Source: Minisyncoccota bacterium (GTDB lineage: Bacteria > Patescibacteriota > Minisyncoccia > Phycocordibacterales > Phycocordibacteraceae). Taken from it: DNA of 60,667 nucleotides. The stretch lies in the NCBI GenBank assembly GCA_035548315.1, contig DASZTF010000058.1:1-60667 (forward strand). The letters are read 5' to 3'. Below are positions 9,436-18,396 of this stretch, in pieces (position 1 is the first letter of the stretch; every line of letters begins with the position of its first letter). A model generated the notes under the pieces. The model was not told the DNA's origin. It was given only the letters and a program-made list of their open reading frames with translations, and did not search any database. Both the position numbers and the translations under genes were made by a program.

Positions 9436-10056
9436 ATGCTCACGAGCTACGTCATTCACAAACTTTCCTACGCCGGCATGTTTGTGCTGCTCGCGGGCGC
9501 GGGCATCATCGCGCCGGTACCGGAAGAGCTCACGCTGCTTACCTCGGGCTATCTCTCAGCGACCGGCGTGATGATGCTCCACTACGCGATCCCGGTGGCG
9601 ATACTCGCGCTCATCACGGGTGACACCTTTCTCTTCTCGCTCGCGAAGTTCGGCGCGCCATACGCGAAGAAGATTCACGCCCGACTGCTTGAATCGGGCC
9701 TTCATAACACCTGGATATTTGATCCGGCGCACCCGCTGCGCGCCGTGTTCCTGCTGCGCTTTGTGACCGGCATACGACTCATCTCTCCCATATTCGCGGG
9801 GTTCAACGACGCGTCGTGGATCGGATTCCTCGCGACTGATTTTGCTGCGCTTATTATTTTCGTCCCGGTGATGGCGTGGCTCGGCTGGCACTTTAGTGGC
9901 AACTTCCTGCCGTTTATTGCGGCGTTTGAATTGGTGCGGCACATCGTGTTCTTCACTATCGTGGCGTTCGTGGGCGGCAGCGTGCTCGTGGCGGTGAACC
10001 CGCGCCTCCATCGAGCGTACGAGCGAGTGAAGCGCTATTTCAAGAGCGATGAATGA
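9436..10056 (+). CDS. DedA/SNARE-associated family membrane protein
   Basis: 206 aa, polytopic. Motifs PVPEELTLLTSGY and RFVTGIRLISPIFAG. Confidence 0.75.
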   Translation: MLTSYVIHKLSYAGMFVLLAGAGIIAPVPEELTLLTSGYLSATGVMMLHYAIPVAILALITGDTFLFSLAKFGAPYAKKIHARLLESGLHNTWIFDPAHPLRAVFLLRFVTGIRLISPIFAGFNDASWIGFLATDFAALIIFVPVMAWLGWHFSGNFLPFIAAFELVRHIVFFTIVAFVGGSVLVAVNPRLHRAYERVKRYFKSDE

Positions 10057-10486
10057 ATCTTTGGAAATGGCCGACGACGCATTCCGCGCACTCGCGGGCG
10101 CGGTCTGGGACCAGATGCCCAAGAAATGGGAACAGCGGATAGACAATCTCGTGCTCCTCATCGAAGACGAGCCTGATGACGCGGTCCGCGCGCGAGAGCA
10201 CCTCACCGAGCACGAAACACTGCTCGGACTCTACCATGGCATTCCCGAGAGCGAGCGGGGCGGGGCGTATGGGGTGGGCGTCACGCTCCCGGACACCATT
10301 ACGCTCTTCCGTATCCCAATACTTGAGGAGGCAGCCGAGCTCATGCATACCCGGGCCATTGCTGAGCCCCGGGCGGCGGTGGAAGAAGCTATCCGGGAGA
10401 CTCTGTGGCACGAGCTCGGGCATTATTTCGGCCTCCATGAGGCCGAGGTGCGCACACGCGAACGGCAGGGGACCAACCGCTTTTAG
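10049..10486 (+). CDS. Zinicin-like metallopeptidase family protein (DUF1025-type)
   Basis: 145 aa with HExxH in ETLWHELGHYFG. Overlaps the DedA stop by 8 nt. Confidence 0.65.
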   Translation: MNESLEMADDAFRALAGAVWDQMPKKWEQRIDNLVLLIEDEPDDAVRAREHLTEHETLLGLYHGIPESERGGAYGVGVTLPDTITLFRIPILEEAAELMHTRAIAEPRAAVEEAIRETLWHELGHYFGLHEAEVRTRERQGTNRF

Positions 10487-10576
10487 TCGCTATCCACACG
10501 GACCCTCCCGCGGGGCCCGGGTGTCTGTACCGGCGCTATACTAGAGGAGGGTACTGTTTACTAACTAATTCACCCT

Positions 10577-10972
10577 ATGTCAGCAAAAACGCTAGCGCTT
10601 GTGTTCGGTGTCATCTTCGCACTCGTGGGTCTTTTGGGCTTTGTCCCGAACCCGCTTGTCGGTTCCGGTGCACTGTTTGATACGAACACGGCACACAATC
10701 TCGTGCATCTCCTCATCGGCCTTATCCTGCTTGCGGTCGCGCTCTGGGCGCCGATGCAGTCTGCGCTCTGGCTCAAAATCCTCGGCGTGGTCTACCTGCT
10801 CATCGCGCTCTTGGGCTACGTGACCGGTTCGCCGATCCTCGGCCTCGTAGAGATCAATGATGCCGACAACTGGCTTCATATCCTCCTCGGCATCGTCCTT
10901 CTTGCTGCTGGTTTCTGGGGCAAGAACGACATGATGATGGGTGGTTCATCGATGGCGACGCCAGCGATGTAA
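10577..10972 (+). CDS. DUF4383-like small membrane protein
   Basis: 131 aa with 4 TM helices. LVGLLGFVPNPLVG...FDTNTAHNLVHLLIG pattern. Confidence 0.6.
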   Translation: MSAKTLALVFGVIFALVGLLGFVPNPLVGSGALFDTNTAHNLVHLLIGLILLAVALWAPMQSALWLKILGVVYLLIALLGYVTGSPILGLVEINDADNWLHILLGIVLLAAGFWGKNDMMMGGSSMATPAM

Positions 10973-10995
10973 ATTGTTCGTCCGTGCCAAAACAG

Positions 10996-11025
10996 AACCG
11001 GACCTCGAGTGGGTCCGGTTTTGTT
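10996..11025. terminator. Bidirectional terminator between convergent genes
   Basis: 9-bp stem AACCGGACC / GGTCCGGTT with T-runs on both strands (TTTTGTT on plus, CTGTTTTGG on minus). Confidence 0.65.
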
Positions 11026-11206
11026 AATGGGTCGGAAGTTTTGCAGCGGCTGCAGATGCGGCGAGTTGCGAGGCAACATCGGCTGATACTTGCGCTCCAT
11101 GGAGGAACGCGATGATCGTCGATGAAAGCTGGGCAAAGATCGCGGGCACGAGCATCTTGAGCAGGATGATCAAAACGCCGAGGCCGAGGGCACTGAAAAT
11201 GGGCAT
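11024..11206 (-). CDS. Possible small hydrophobic protein
   Basis: 60-aa ORF with one clear TM segment, downstream of msrA and followed by a terminator. No family recognised. Confidence 0.3.
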   Translation of the reverse strand: MPIFSALGLGVLIILLKMLVPAIFAQLSSTIIAFLHGAQVSADVASQLAASAAAAKLPTH

Positions 11207-11325
11207 ACGAGCGGGTGTAAATGGTAAGGCAAAACGAAGGTTCTGCCGCGCTGTCTACGACGGCGCTGTATGCACAAAAGGCCCCTCGGAAGGACCTTCT
11301 GCTCTCTACAACTCAGGCTCCCGGG

Positions 11326-11862
11326 CTAAGGTTTCTTGGCTAAAAGCTCTGCGAACTGCTTCTGGACCTTTTCCAATTTAGGCGCGATCACGAGCTGGCA
11401 GTAGCCCTGGTTCTGGTTGTTGGCGTAATAATTTTTGTGGTAGTCCTCAGCAGGGTAGAAGACTGCGTTCTCTTCAACTGTAGTGACGATTGGATCGCCC
11501 TTGTCGCTTGAGGCGTTGAGTTCGTCGATCATCGCATGAGCCTCGTTTGTCTGCTCAGGAGTCGTGGGGAATATCGCCGAGCGGTATTGCGTGCCCACAT
11601 CTGCACCCTGGCGGTTGAGCTGCGTGGCGTCATGACTGCCGAAGAACACGGTCATCAGCGTGTGGTAGCTCACCTGACTCGGGTCATAGTCCACTTTGAT
11701 CACCTCTGCATGGCCGGTGCGCCCGGTCGAGACCTGCTCATAGGTCGGATTCGCGAGCGTGCCGCCGGCGTAGCCGGGCTCTACATGCGAGACGCCCTTG
11801 AGCATCTTGAACACCGCTTCCGTGCACCAGAAGCACCCGCCGCCAAAGATTGCGGTCTCCAT
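11326..11862 (-). CDS. msrA: Peptide-methionine (S)-S-oxide reductase
   Basis: 178 aa with the GGGCFWC active-site motif near the N-terminus (AIFGGGCFWCTEAVF). Confidence 0.95.
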   Translation of the reverse strand: METAIFGGGCFWCTEAVFKMLKGVSHVEPGYAGGTLANPTYEQVSTGRTGHAEVIKVDYDPSQVSYHTLMTVFFGSHDATQLNRQGADVGTQYRSAIFPTTPEQTNEAHAMIDELNASSDKGDPIVTTVEENAVFYPAEDYHKNYYANNQNQGYCQLVIAPKLEKVQKQFAELLAKKP

Positions 11863-11864
11863 GC

Positions 11865-12266
11865 TTATTTCTTATCTTCCTCGAACGCGAGGCAGACGGA
11901 GTTGATGCAGTAACGCTTGCCACCCTTGTCAGCGGGTCCGTCGTCAAACACATGGCCGAGATGACTGCCGCAGTGCTTGCAATACACCTCATTGCGGTAC
12001 CCATCTTTATCAGTGCGAACGCCCACATTTGCAGACACAGCCGGGTCGGTGAACGACGGCCAGCCGGTGCCAGAGTCGAACTTCGCATCGGAAGAGAAGA
12101 GGGCGTTCCCGCAGACCTTGCAGTGGTACATGCCGTCGGCATGGTTGTCGACGTACTCGCCGGTGAACGGGCGCTCGGTGCCCTGCTCGCGCAATACGTG
12201 GTACTCCTCAGGCGTGAGCTTTTCCTTGATCTGGTCTTCAGTCATAGCATTCGTGTTAGTTTCCAT
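11865..12266 (-). CDS. msrB: Peptide-methionine (R)-S-oxide reductase
   Basis: ORF 11865..12308 trimmed to ATG 12266, which has TGgTATACT-N6 directly upstream. Zinc CxxC pairs (CKVCGN, CKHCGSHLGHVF) and the catalytic RYCIN motif. Confidence 0.9.
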   Translation of the reverse strand: METNTNAMTEDQIKEKLTPEEYHVLREQGTERPFTGEYVDNHADGMYHCKVCGNALFSSDAKFDSGTGWPSFTDPAVSANVGVRTDKDGYRNEVYCKHCGSHLGHVFDDGPADKGGKRYCINSVCLAFEEDKK

Positions 12267-12272
12267 ACGTAA

Positions 12273-12278
12273 AGTATA
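12273..12278 (-). promoter_or_regulatory. -10 hexamer TATACT (extended TGn) exactly 6 nt upstream of the msrB ATG; leaderless-type promoter
   Basis: Minus strand reads TGGTATACT-TTACGT-ATG. Confidence 0.5.
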
Positions 12279-12313
12279 CCATACATGCCGTTGAACCTGC
12301 TGCCGCATCGGGG

Positions 12314-12319
12314 TAGGAT
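12314..12319 (+). promoter_or_regulatory. -10 hexamer TAGGAT 6 nt upstream of the VKOR ATG; leaderless-type promoter
   Basis: TAGGAT-AGGGGT-ATG; same spacing as eight other gene starts in the window. Confidence 0.45.
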
Positions 12320-12325
12320 AGGGGT

Positions 12326-12787
12326 ATGAATGCCTCGGCGACGAAGTGGCTCCTCCTCGTGCTTTCGGTGCTCGGCCTTGCTGATTCCTGGTACCTCGCA
12401 GAAAGCGCGCTCACTGATACCCCCCTTGTCTGCGGTATCGAGAATCTCGACGGCTGCAATATCGTGGCGCAAAGCGCGTACTCGCACCTCTTCGGCATCC
12501 CGCTTGGGGTATACGGTCTTCTCTTTTACGGACTGGTCATTGTGGTCACGCTTGCGGCGCTCACGCGCATGCCATCTTTGGTGCGGACCACGCTATTTGT
12601 GCTCGGTATCGCGGGGCTGGTCGCCTCAGCGATTTTCGTCGGCATCCAGCTCCTGCTCATCAAGGCGATCTGCGTATACTGCCTCGGCTCAGCACTGCTG
12701 TGTCTAGGGATATTTGTCCTCACCTATAAGCTGTGGCGCGAGAAGGGGGACCTCCCTTCATTACCCGCCGAAGCAGTGGTATCGTAG
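12326..12787 (+). CDS. Vitamin K epoxide reductase (VKOR) family protein
   Basis: 153 aa with 4-5 TM helices. Loop cysteines (CGIENLDGC) and a CVYC CxxC redox motif in the last TM region. Confidence 0.8.
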   Translation: MNASATKWLLLVLSVLGLADSWYLAESALTDTPLVCGIENLDGCNIVAQSAYSHLFGIPLGVYGLLFYGLVIVVTLAALTRMPSLVRTTLFVLGIAGLVASAIFVGIQLLLIKAICVYCLGSALLCLGIFVLTYKLWREKGDLPSLPAEAVVS

Positions 12788-12793
12788 TCGCGT

Positions 12794-13942
12794 ATGCGCG
12801 CACTTCCTCTTGCGCTCCTCGCCACCATCCTCCTCCCGCTTGGGTTGTCTGCTGCGACCATCGAGGGCGGGCGTTCACTCGTGGTCTCTGACGCACCGGC
12901 AGGCAATACCTATTTGTATGGTGCGGACCTCACGCTCACCGCACCGGTGACGGGTGACCTCTCAGCACTCGGCGGTACGCTCACGGTATCGGCGCCGGTA
13001 TCGGGAGATGCGCTTCTCCTCGGCGGGACCGTGGATGTAAAAAAGCCTGTTCTCGGAGACGTGCGTGCGCTCGGCGGCACGGTCCATATTGAAGACAGTG
13101 TGACCGGTGACGTAGCGGCAGCTGGCGGCGCGGTCACGGTAGACGCGGCACCGTCGTTCGCGTGGGTGGCGGGCGGCAAGGTGGTGTTCACCCACGGTGC
13201 AAATGGTCCCGTCACGGTGTATGGGAATACGGTAACCCTTTCGGGTACTTTCACCGGCAATGTGAAGGTTATTGCAAGCGATGGACTTACGCTCGGCCAG
13301 GGTACCGTCATTCATGGCGCGCTTGAGTACGACGCACCGCAGCAAGCAGATATTCCGACGGATGCGGTCGTCGATGGGGGTGTGACCTATACCGGTAAGT
13401 CTTTCTTGCCGACCACCCAGGAAGCGCGGACGTTCGCGGTGGCGGGTGCAGGAGTCTTTTTCCTTGTGCGCATCATCGCGGTCATTATCGCGGCCGGACT
13501 CATCGCCGGACTCTTCCCGCGCCTGGCACAAGCGGTGGCGGATCATGCACTTCCGCGGTCGAGGAGCCGGTTTGTCCTCCTTACGCTGCTCGGGTTCGGG
13601 GTCATTGTGGCCACGCCGGTGTTTATCCTGATTCTGCTCGCGTCGTTTGCGGGCGCTGCGGTCGCACTCCTGGTGGGAGCGGCGTACCTCCTGCTCATGC
13701 TGCTCTCGTATCTGTATGCGGCGGTCATCGCGGGCGGCGCGCTCTCGCGTTTACTCGTGAAGCGCCCGCTCTTTCTCTGGCGTGACGCAGTGCTCGGGAT
13801 GCTCGCGCTTTCACTCGTCACGCTCGTACCAGTGGTAGGCTGGCTCGTGCTCCTCATCCTTTTTGCGGCAGCGTGCGGCACGCTCGTGTCGCTCCTCTAC
13901 CGGTCGGCGTTCCCCAAAGACGAAGACGTTTTGCATATTTAA
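12794..13942 (+). CDS. Membrane protein with a bactofilin-like beta-helical repeat ectodomain
   Basis: 382 aa with a signal peptide (LLPLGLSAATIEG). Repeats of the type GDxxAxGGTxxV. C-terminal half has 4-5 TM helices. Confidence 0.6.
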   Translation: MRALPLALLATILLPLGLSAATIEGGRSLVVSDAPAGNTYLYGADLTLTAPVTGDLSALGGTLTVSAPVSGDALLLGGTVDVKKPVLGDVRALGGTVHIEDSVTGDVAAAGGAVTVDAAPSFAWVAGGKVVFTHGANGPVTVYGNTVTLSGTFTGNVKVIASDGLTLGQGTVIHGALEYDAPQQADIPTDAVVDGGVTYTGKSFLPTTQEARTFAVAGAGVFFLVRIIAVIIAAGLIAGLFPRLAQAVADHALPRSRSRFVLLTLLGFGVIVATPVFILILLASFAGAAVALLVGAAYLLLMLLSYLYAAVIAGGALSRLLVKRPLFLWRDAVLGMLALSLVTLVPVVGWLVLLILFAAACGTLVSLLYRSAFPKDEDVLHI

Positions 13943-14009
13943 CCCCTTCTTGTCAGGAAGATGCTTTTTGCGTAAGGTAAGTGGGCCAATCGAGTATCAG
14001 GAGGAATGC

Positions 14010-14276
14010 GTGAAGTTCAAAAACCTTGCTGAAGATGACCACTTTGTGATCGCTTCGGATTCGTCCAACGGTGGCAAGCTCTTTCAGAAGACGAGCAGTT
14101 CTGAAGCGCGGCGCATCTTCTTTGAAAACCGTACCGCGGTCAGGACACGAGAGCTCATCACCGTCCCATTAGACGCAGAAGTGTCATATATCAACATGGA
14201 ATCGTCAGATCGGCGGCTTGGCGCGAGGCCAATTGCGGCGGCGCCCCAAGAGCAGCAGACGGACATGGCGGTGTAG
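14010..14276 (+). CDS. Small hypothetical protein
   Basis: ORF 13863..14276 trimmed to GTG 14010, which is preceded by AGGAGG at about 6 nt. Lower GC than neighbours and followed by a weak hairpin plus T-run. Confidence 0.4.
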   Translation: MKFKNLAEDDHFVIASDSSNGGKLFQKTSSSEARRIFFENRTAVRTRELITVPLDAEVSYINMESSDRRLGARPIAAAPQEQQTDMAV

Positions 14277-14342
14277 CACTCTCCGCAGTCGAACAAATGC
14301 GGCGTTCCCCCAGGAGCGCCGCTTTTGCTATTATCTGGGGAC

Positions 14343-15011
14343 ATGAAGTCGGGGGTAGAGAAGGAGCGGGAGCAGCGGGCGCGGCGGATCGTCGCGAAAT
14401 TAAAGCAGCTATACCCGGAGCCCAAGACGGAACTCCACTACAAGACCCCGATGCAACTGCTTGCCGCCGTGATGCTCTCAGCGCAGACGACCGACAAGCA
14501 AGTAAACAAGGTGACCGCGTCGCTCTACAAAAAATATAAGAGCGTGGACGACTTCGCGGATGCGAACCCTGCGACCTTTGCGAAAGAAATTTCTTCGGTG
14601 AGTTTCTTTCGTAATAAGGCGAAGGCGATCATCGCTGCGGCCAAGAAGATCCGCAACGAACACGGTGGGAATGTGCCAAAGACGGAAGCGGCACTGGTGA
14701 GACTTCCCGGCGTCGCCTACAAGACCGCGCATGTGGTGTTAGGGGAACTCTACAATATCTGGGAGGGCATTCCGACCGACACGCACGTGAAGCGCTTTGC
14801 ACTCCGGTTCGACCTCACGCGGCACACCGACCTCAAGAAAATCTCAAAGGATCTCGAAGCGCTCGTCCCGAAAAAGGATTGGAAGTATGTGAACAACGGC
14901 TTGGTGCTCTATGGGCGTTACGTGTGCCCAGCCCGCCCCCACGACTGTACTCAACACCCGCTTACTAAAATCTGGCCGCCTGCGGCCGACCGCTGGCCCA
15001 AGGCTAAATAA
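14343..15011 (+). CDS. nth: Endonuclease III-family DNA glycosylase/AP lyase
   Basis: ORF trimmed to ATG 14343 (TGcTATTAT lies 8 nt upstream). HhH motif LPGVAYKTAHVV with the catalytic Lys, and DTHVKR with the catalytic Asp. The C-terminal Fe-S loop keeps only 2 Cys. Confidence 0.85.
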   Translation: MKSGVEKEREQRARRIVAKLKQLYPEPKTELHYKTPMQLLAAVMLSAQTTDKQVNKVTASLYKKYKSVDDFADANPATFAKEISSVSFFRNKAKAIIAAAKKIRNEHGGNVPKTEAALVRLPGVAYKTAHVVLGELYNIWEGIPTDTHVKRFALRFDLTRHTDLKKISKDLEALVPKKDWKYVNNGLVLYGRYVCPARPHDCTQHPLTKIWPPAADRWPKAK

Positions 15012-15017
15012 CGGGTG

Positions 15018-15023
15018 TACCAT
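15018..15023 (+). promoter_or_regulatory. -10 hexamer TACCAT 6 nt upstream of ATG 15030; leaderless-type promoter
   Basis: TACCAT-AGGGGT-ATG. Confidence 0.45.
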
Positions 15024-15029
15024 AGGGGT

Positions 15030-15722
15030 ATGGAGAAGAAGCGCCCGGTAGCCGTGTTCGACATCGACGGGACGGTGTTCCGCTGGTCGCTGTTTCTGGA
15101 CCTCGTGGACCGCCTCATCGAGAACGGCGTATTCCCGAAGGAAGTCCGCGAAGCGTACGAAGACGCGCGCCTCAAATGGCTCGATAGAAAGGGCGACTAC
15201 CAGACGTATGTGATGAAGGTGGTGGAAGTGTTCGGCGGGCAGTTGAAGGGTGTGCCGTTCCAGGATGTCGCGAATGCCGCCGGGGAAGTGATAGAAGAAA
15301 AGAAAGACCGTGTGTATCGCTACACCCGCGATCTAATCAAAGATTTGAAACAGAAGGGCTACTTCCTGCTCGCGATTTCGCACTCACCCAAATTCATTGC
15401 GGACGGTTTCGGCTATGAAGCAGGATTTGACAAAACATACGGTTACTTTTACGAGACGGGTCCATCCGATAAATTTACCGGGACCATCGCCGATGAGGAT
15501 TTAATTCGAAACAAAGCCGCTATTCTCCAGCGCGCTGTGCGTAAGGAAAACCTCACCTTCGAGGAATCGATTGGCGTCGGTGATACCGAGGGCGATATCT
15601 CGATGCTCGAGGCTGTCGAGACACCGATTGCATTCAACCCTAATCAAAAACTGCTCGAACACGCGCGCGTGCGCGGGTGGAAGGTCGTAGTGGAGCGTAA
15701 GGATGTTATCTACGAGCTTTAA
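15030..15722 (+). CDS. HAD-superfamily hydrolase, subfamily IB (SerB-like)
   Basis: ORF 15015 (GTG) trimmed to ATG 15030 (MEKKRPVAVFDIDGTVF). DxDGT motif I and GVGDTEGD motif IV. Confidence 0.8.
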   Translation: MEKKRPVAVFDIDGTVFRWSLFLDLVDRLIENGVFPKEVREAYEDARLKWLDRKGDYQTYVMKVVEVFGGQLKGVPFQDVANAAGEVIEEKKDRVYRYTRDLIKDLKQKGYFLLAISHSPKFIADGFGYEAGFDKTYGYFYETGPSDKFTGTIADEDLIRNKAAILQRAVRKENLTFEESIGVGDTEGDISMLEAVETPIAFNPNQKLLEHARVRGWKVVVERKDVIYEL

Positions 15723-16503
15723 GAAACTGGTTTGGGATTACTACAAAAAGCACGGGAGGCACGACCTGCCGTGGCGGAAGACGCGCGACCCGTACAAGAT
15801 ATTGGTGAGCGAGGTCATGCTCCAACAGACGCAAGTGGAGCGCGTCATTCCGTACTACGAAGAATTTGTGAGGAAGTTCCCGACGCCGACCAGGCTCGCG
15901 GCTTCACCACTCGGCTCGGTGCTGACCGTGTGGCAGGGGCTCGGGTATAACCGCCGCGCCAAGATGCTCTGGGAGGCGGCACGCGCACTCGGGAAAAGCA
16001 CATTCTCCAAGCACGAGGCGCACCTGCGCGTACTTCCTGGCGTGGGGCCGTACACCGCTCGCGCCATCATGGCGTTCGCCTATAACGCTGACGTGGTATT
16101 TATAGAGACCAATATTCGCACGGCGGTCATGCACCACTTCTTTCCACGTAAGAAAAATGTAGCCGATGCAGAGATAGAAAAGATACTCACCGCCACGCTC
16201 CCTAAAGGTAAGGCGCGAGAATGGTATTCCGCTCTCATGGATTACGGTGCTGCACTCAAGCGAGCAGGAGTGAAAACTAATGCGCGCGTAAAGGGATATA
16301 CCAAGCAAAAGAAATTCGATGGTTCGCTCCGCCAGGCGCGTGGCGCAGTGCTGCGCGCGCTCGTCGCGGGGCCACTCCCGAGCGCGCGGCTCACGATGCT
16401 GCTCGGGCGAGACCGCGAAGCGCAGATGAAGGGCGCGCTCGCGAGCCTCACCAAGGAAGGACTCATTGTGCTCGAAAGGGGGGAGTTCGCGCTGCCCGAT
16501 TAG
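15703..16503 (+). CDS. MutY-like HhH-GPD DNA glycosylase with catalytic domain only (no Fe-S loop, no NUDIX-like domain)
   Basis: 266 aa. Motifs DLPWRKTRDPYKILVSEVMLQQTQV and LPGVGPYTARAIMAFA. Contains no cysteine at all. Confidence 0.75.
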   Translation: MLSTSFKKLVWDYYKKHGRHDLPWRKTRDPYKILVSEVMLQQTQVERVIPYYEEFVRKFPTPTRLAASPLGSVLTVWQGLGYNRRAKMLWEAARALGKSTFSKHEAHLRVLPGVGPYTARAIMAFAYNADVVFIETNIRTAVMHHFFPRKKNVADAEIEKILTATLPKGKAREWYSALMDYGAALKRAGVKTNARVKGYTKQKKFDGSLRQARGAVLRALVAGPLPSARLTMLLGRDREAQMKGALASLTKEGLIVLERGEFALPD

Positions 16504-17654
16504 CGCACGTCTCGGATACCAAGCGCGCTGATCACCCCGAGCACAAGCACGATGAGTCCGCATCCCATAAAGAGCCACCAGTAGCCGCCAAGCGCGAGCA
16601 GCACGCTGCAGGCGATCGGCGCGGTGAGCGCGGCGAACGGTCGTCCCATTCGGAACACGCTCACCATGCTGGCGTCTCGCTCCGACACGCGGCGGAAGAA
16701 ATGTCCCTCGGTCATGGCCTCCATGAGACCAATCCCTACACGCGTGGCCGCGAGAAGCGCGATAATCGCAAGGAGCGGAGTCGCGGGCGTGACCCAGGCA
16801 AAGAGCACCACGCCGAGCCCGCCGATGAAGAACCCAGCGACCATAAGCTCTTTATCCCCGAGCCAGCGGTCAGCGGCAAGTCCCGCGGGGTACTCGATCA
16901 CCACAAATGGGATCAACACCACGGCGAGTACCCAGCCGAGCGTGGTCCAAGGAATACCAAGCACGGTGTGGAGGTAGAGCGGGACATAGAGCGGCGCGGA
17001 ATAATAGAAGAACTGGAGGAGATAGTACGCCACGAATATGGAGCGGATGTCGGGATCGGTAAATCCGATGCGCAGCGATTCGCGCGTGCGCACGAGTTCC
17101 GGCACCTTGCCCTCCGGTATGGACTGGAGCCAGAACAGCGCGAACACCGGGAGGAGCGACAGCGCCGCCGCGATGAATATGCGCGCATAGTCATTGGTAG
17201 AGTCGAGGATGATGGAAAGGAAGAGCGGCGCGATGAGCAGTGCGAAGTTCCCCGCGGTAAGGAACGCGGTGCGCACGCGGCCGGTGAAGTCCTCGATCTG
17301 CACGGTCGCTTCAAGCAAGAGATCGAGACAGTACGCGATGAGCGGAGAAATCGCGCAGGCAAGTGCGATGAGCACCACTGCCAGTACGAGTATCGGTTCG
17401 AACGCGAGCGTGAGCAGGGTGAAGAACTCGACTAGGGTAAAGACGAGCAGGAGCCGCCGCGCGCCAATGCGACGCACAATACGTGGCGCGTAGGGCAGGA
17501 GCGCGAGCGTGCCGAGCGCGCCCGCGGACACTGCGAGCCCGGTGTATTCCTCGGGCATGAACGTCGCGAGGTAGGGCGTGATGATATAGACGATCAGATA
17601 GAAGTGCCAGCCGGAGAGAAAGTTGCCCACGGCGAGCGTCCTGCGCGGTGTCAT
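16500..17654 (-). CDS. MFS transporter
   Basis: ORF 16500..17672 trimmed to ATG 17654 (gTGcTACAAT lies 8 nt upstream). 12 predicted TM helices. Confidence 0.75.
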   Translation of the reverse strand: MTPRRTLAVGNFLSGWHFYLIVYIITPYLATFMPEEYTGLAVSAGALGTLALLPYAPRIVRRIGARRLLLVFTLVEFFTLLTLAFEPILVLAVVLIALACAISPLIAYCLDLLLEATVQIEDFTGRVRTAFLTAGNFALLIAPLFLSIILDSTNDYARIFIAAALSLLPVFALFWLQSIPEGKVPELVRTRESLRIGFTDPDIRSIFVAYYLLQFFYYSAPLYVPLYLHTVLGIPWTTLGWVLAVVLIPFVVIEYPAGLAADRWLGDKELMVAGFFIGGLGVVLFAWVTPATPLLAIIALLAATRVGIGLMEAMTEGHFFRRVSERDASMVSVFRMGRPFAALTAPIACSVLLALGGYWWLFMGCGLIVLVLGVISALGIRDVR

Positions 17655-17733
17655 GTACCGAAATTGTAGCACTCGATATAACGAAAGCCGCCCGGTGGAA
17701 CGAGCGCCTTTCGCATTCGTTCCGCCGTGGCGG

Positions 17734-18288
17734 CTAAGGGTTCACACGTGGGTCACAGATCATGAGCATGGCAGGAATGCGATTTCCGGAACTCAACACG
17801 ATGGCTTTCTCCGGCGGCTCGTTGCCTCCTTCAATGAATCCGTGTTTCTTGTAGAAGGAAATCGCTTTGTGATTGTACGTCGCAACGGAAAGCAAGGTAC
17901 CGAAGCGGGGATTGAGGTAATCCTGGCAGCGTTTCCAAAGCGCTGTACCAATGCCGCTGCGATGGATTCTTGGGTCCACGTACAGGGCGACCAGCTCGTT
18001 AGGCGAGCCGACCGTGAGGTAGGCCACGCCCACGATGCCTTTCCCAATCCGCGCGACAAGCTTCACCATGCCTGGTCCCGGATTCTTGATGATGTCTTCG
18101 CGCTTCCGAATTTGATCCGGTGCGGTTCGATTGCGGAATCGCAGGTGGATGTCTTCTTCCGTGATTCCGGCTGCCTCGTTTGGATACGTGGCGAGCCAGG
18201 CTCGATACAGCAGTTCGGATATGTGAGGTGCGTCGCTCGGGATTGCCGGAACGACCACGAGTCTTTCAAGTAAGCGTGCGCCAGTCAT
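17734..18288 (-). CDS. GNAT-family N-acetyltransferase
   Basis: ORF trimmed to ATG 18288 (GGAG at about 7 nt upstream). Acetyl-CoA motif RIHRSGIGTALW. Lower GC than flanking genes. Confidence 0.75.
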   Translation of the reverse strand: MTGARLLERLVVVPAIPSDAPHISELLYRAWLATYPNEAAGITEEDIHLRFRNRTAPDQIRKREDIIKNPGPGMVKLVARIGKGIVGVAYLTVGSPNELVALYVDPRIHRSGIGTALWKRCQDYLNPRFGTLLSVATYNHKAISFYKKHGFIEGGNEPPEKAIVLSSGNRIPAMLMICDPRVNP

Positions 18289-18396
18289 GTACGTCTCCGT
18301 GCCTCTATTTCCTGGGATGAAATTAACAACAATTAGCACGTCTGTCAACAACGCGCCGCCCAGGGGGCGGCGCGGTTTCGCACAGTAAGCGTGTGG

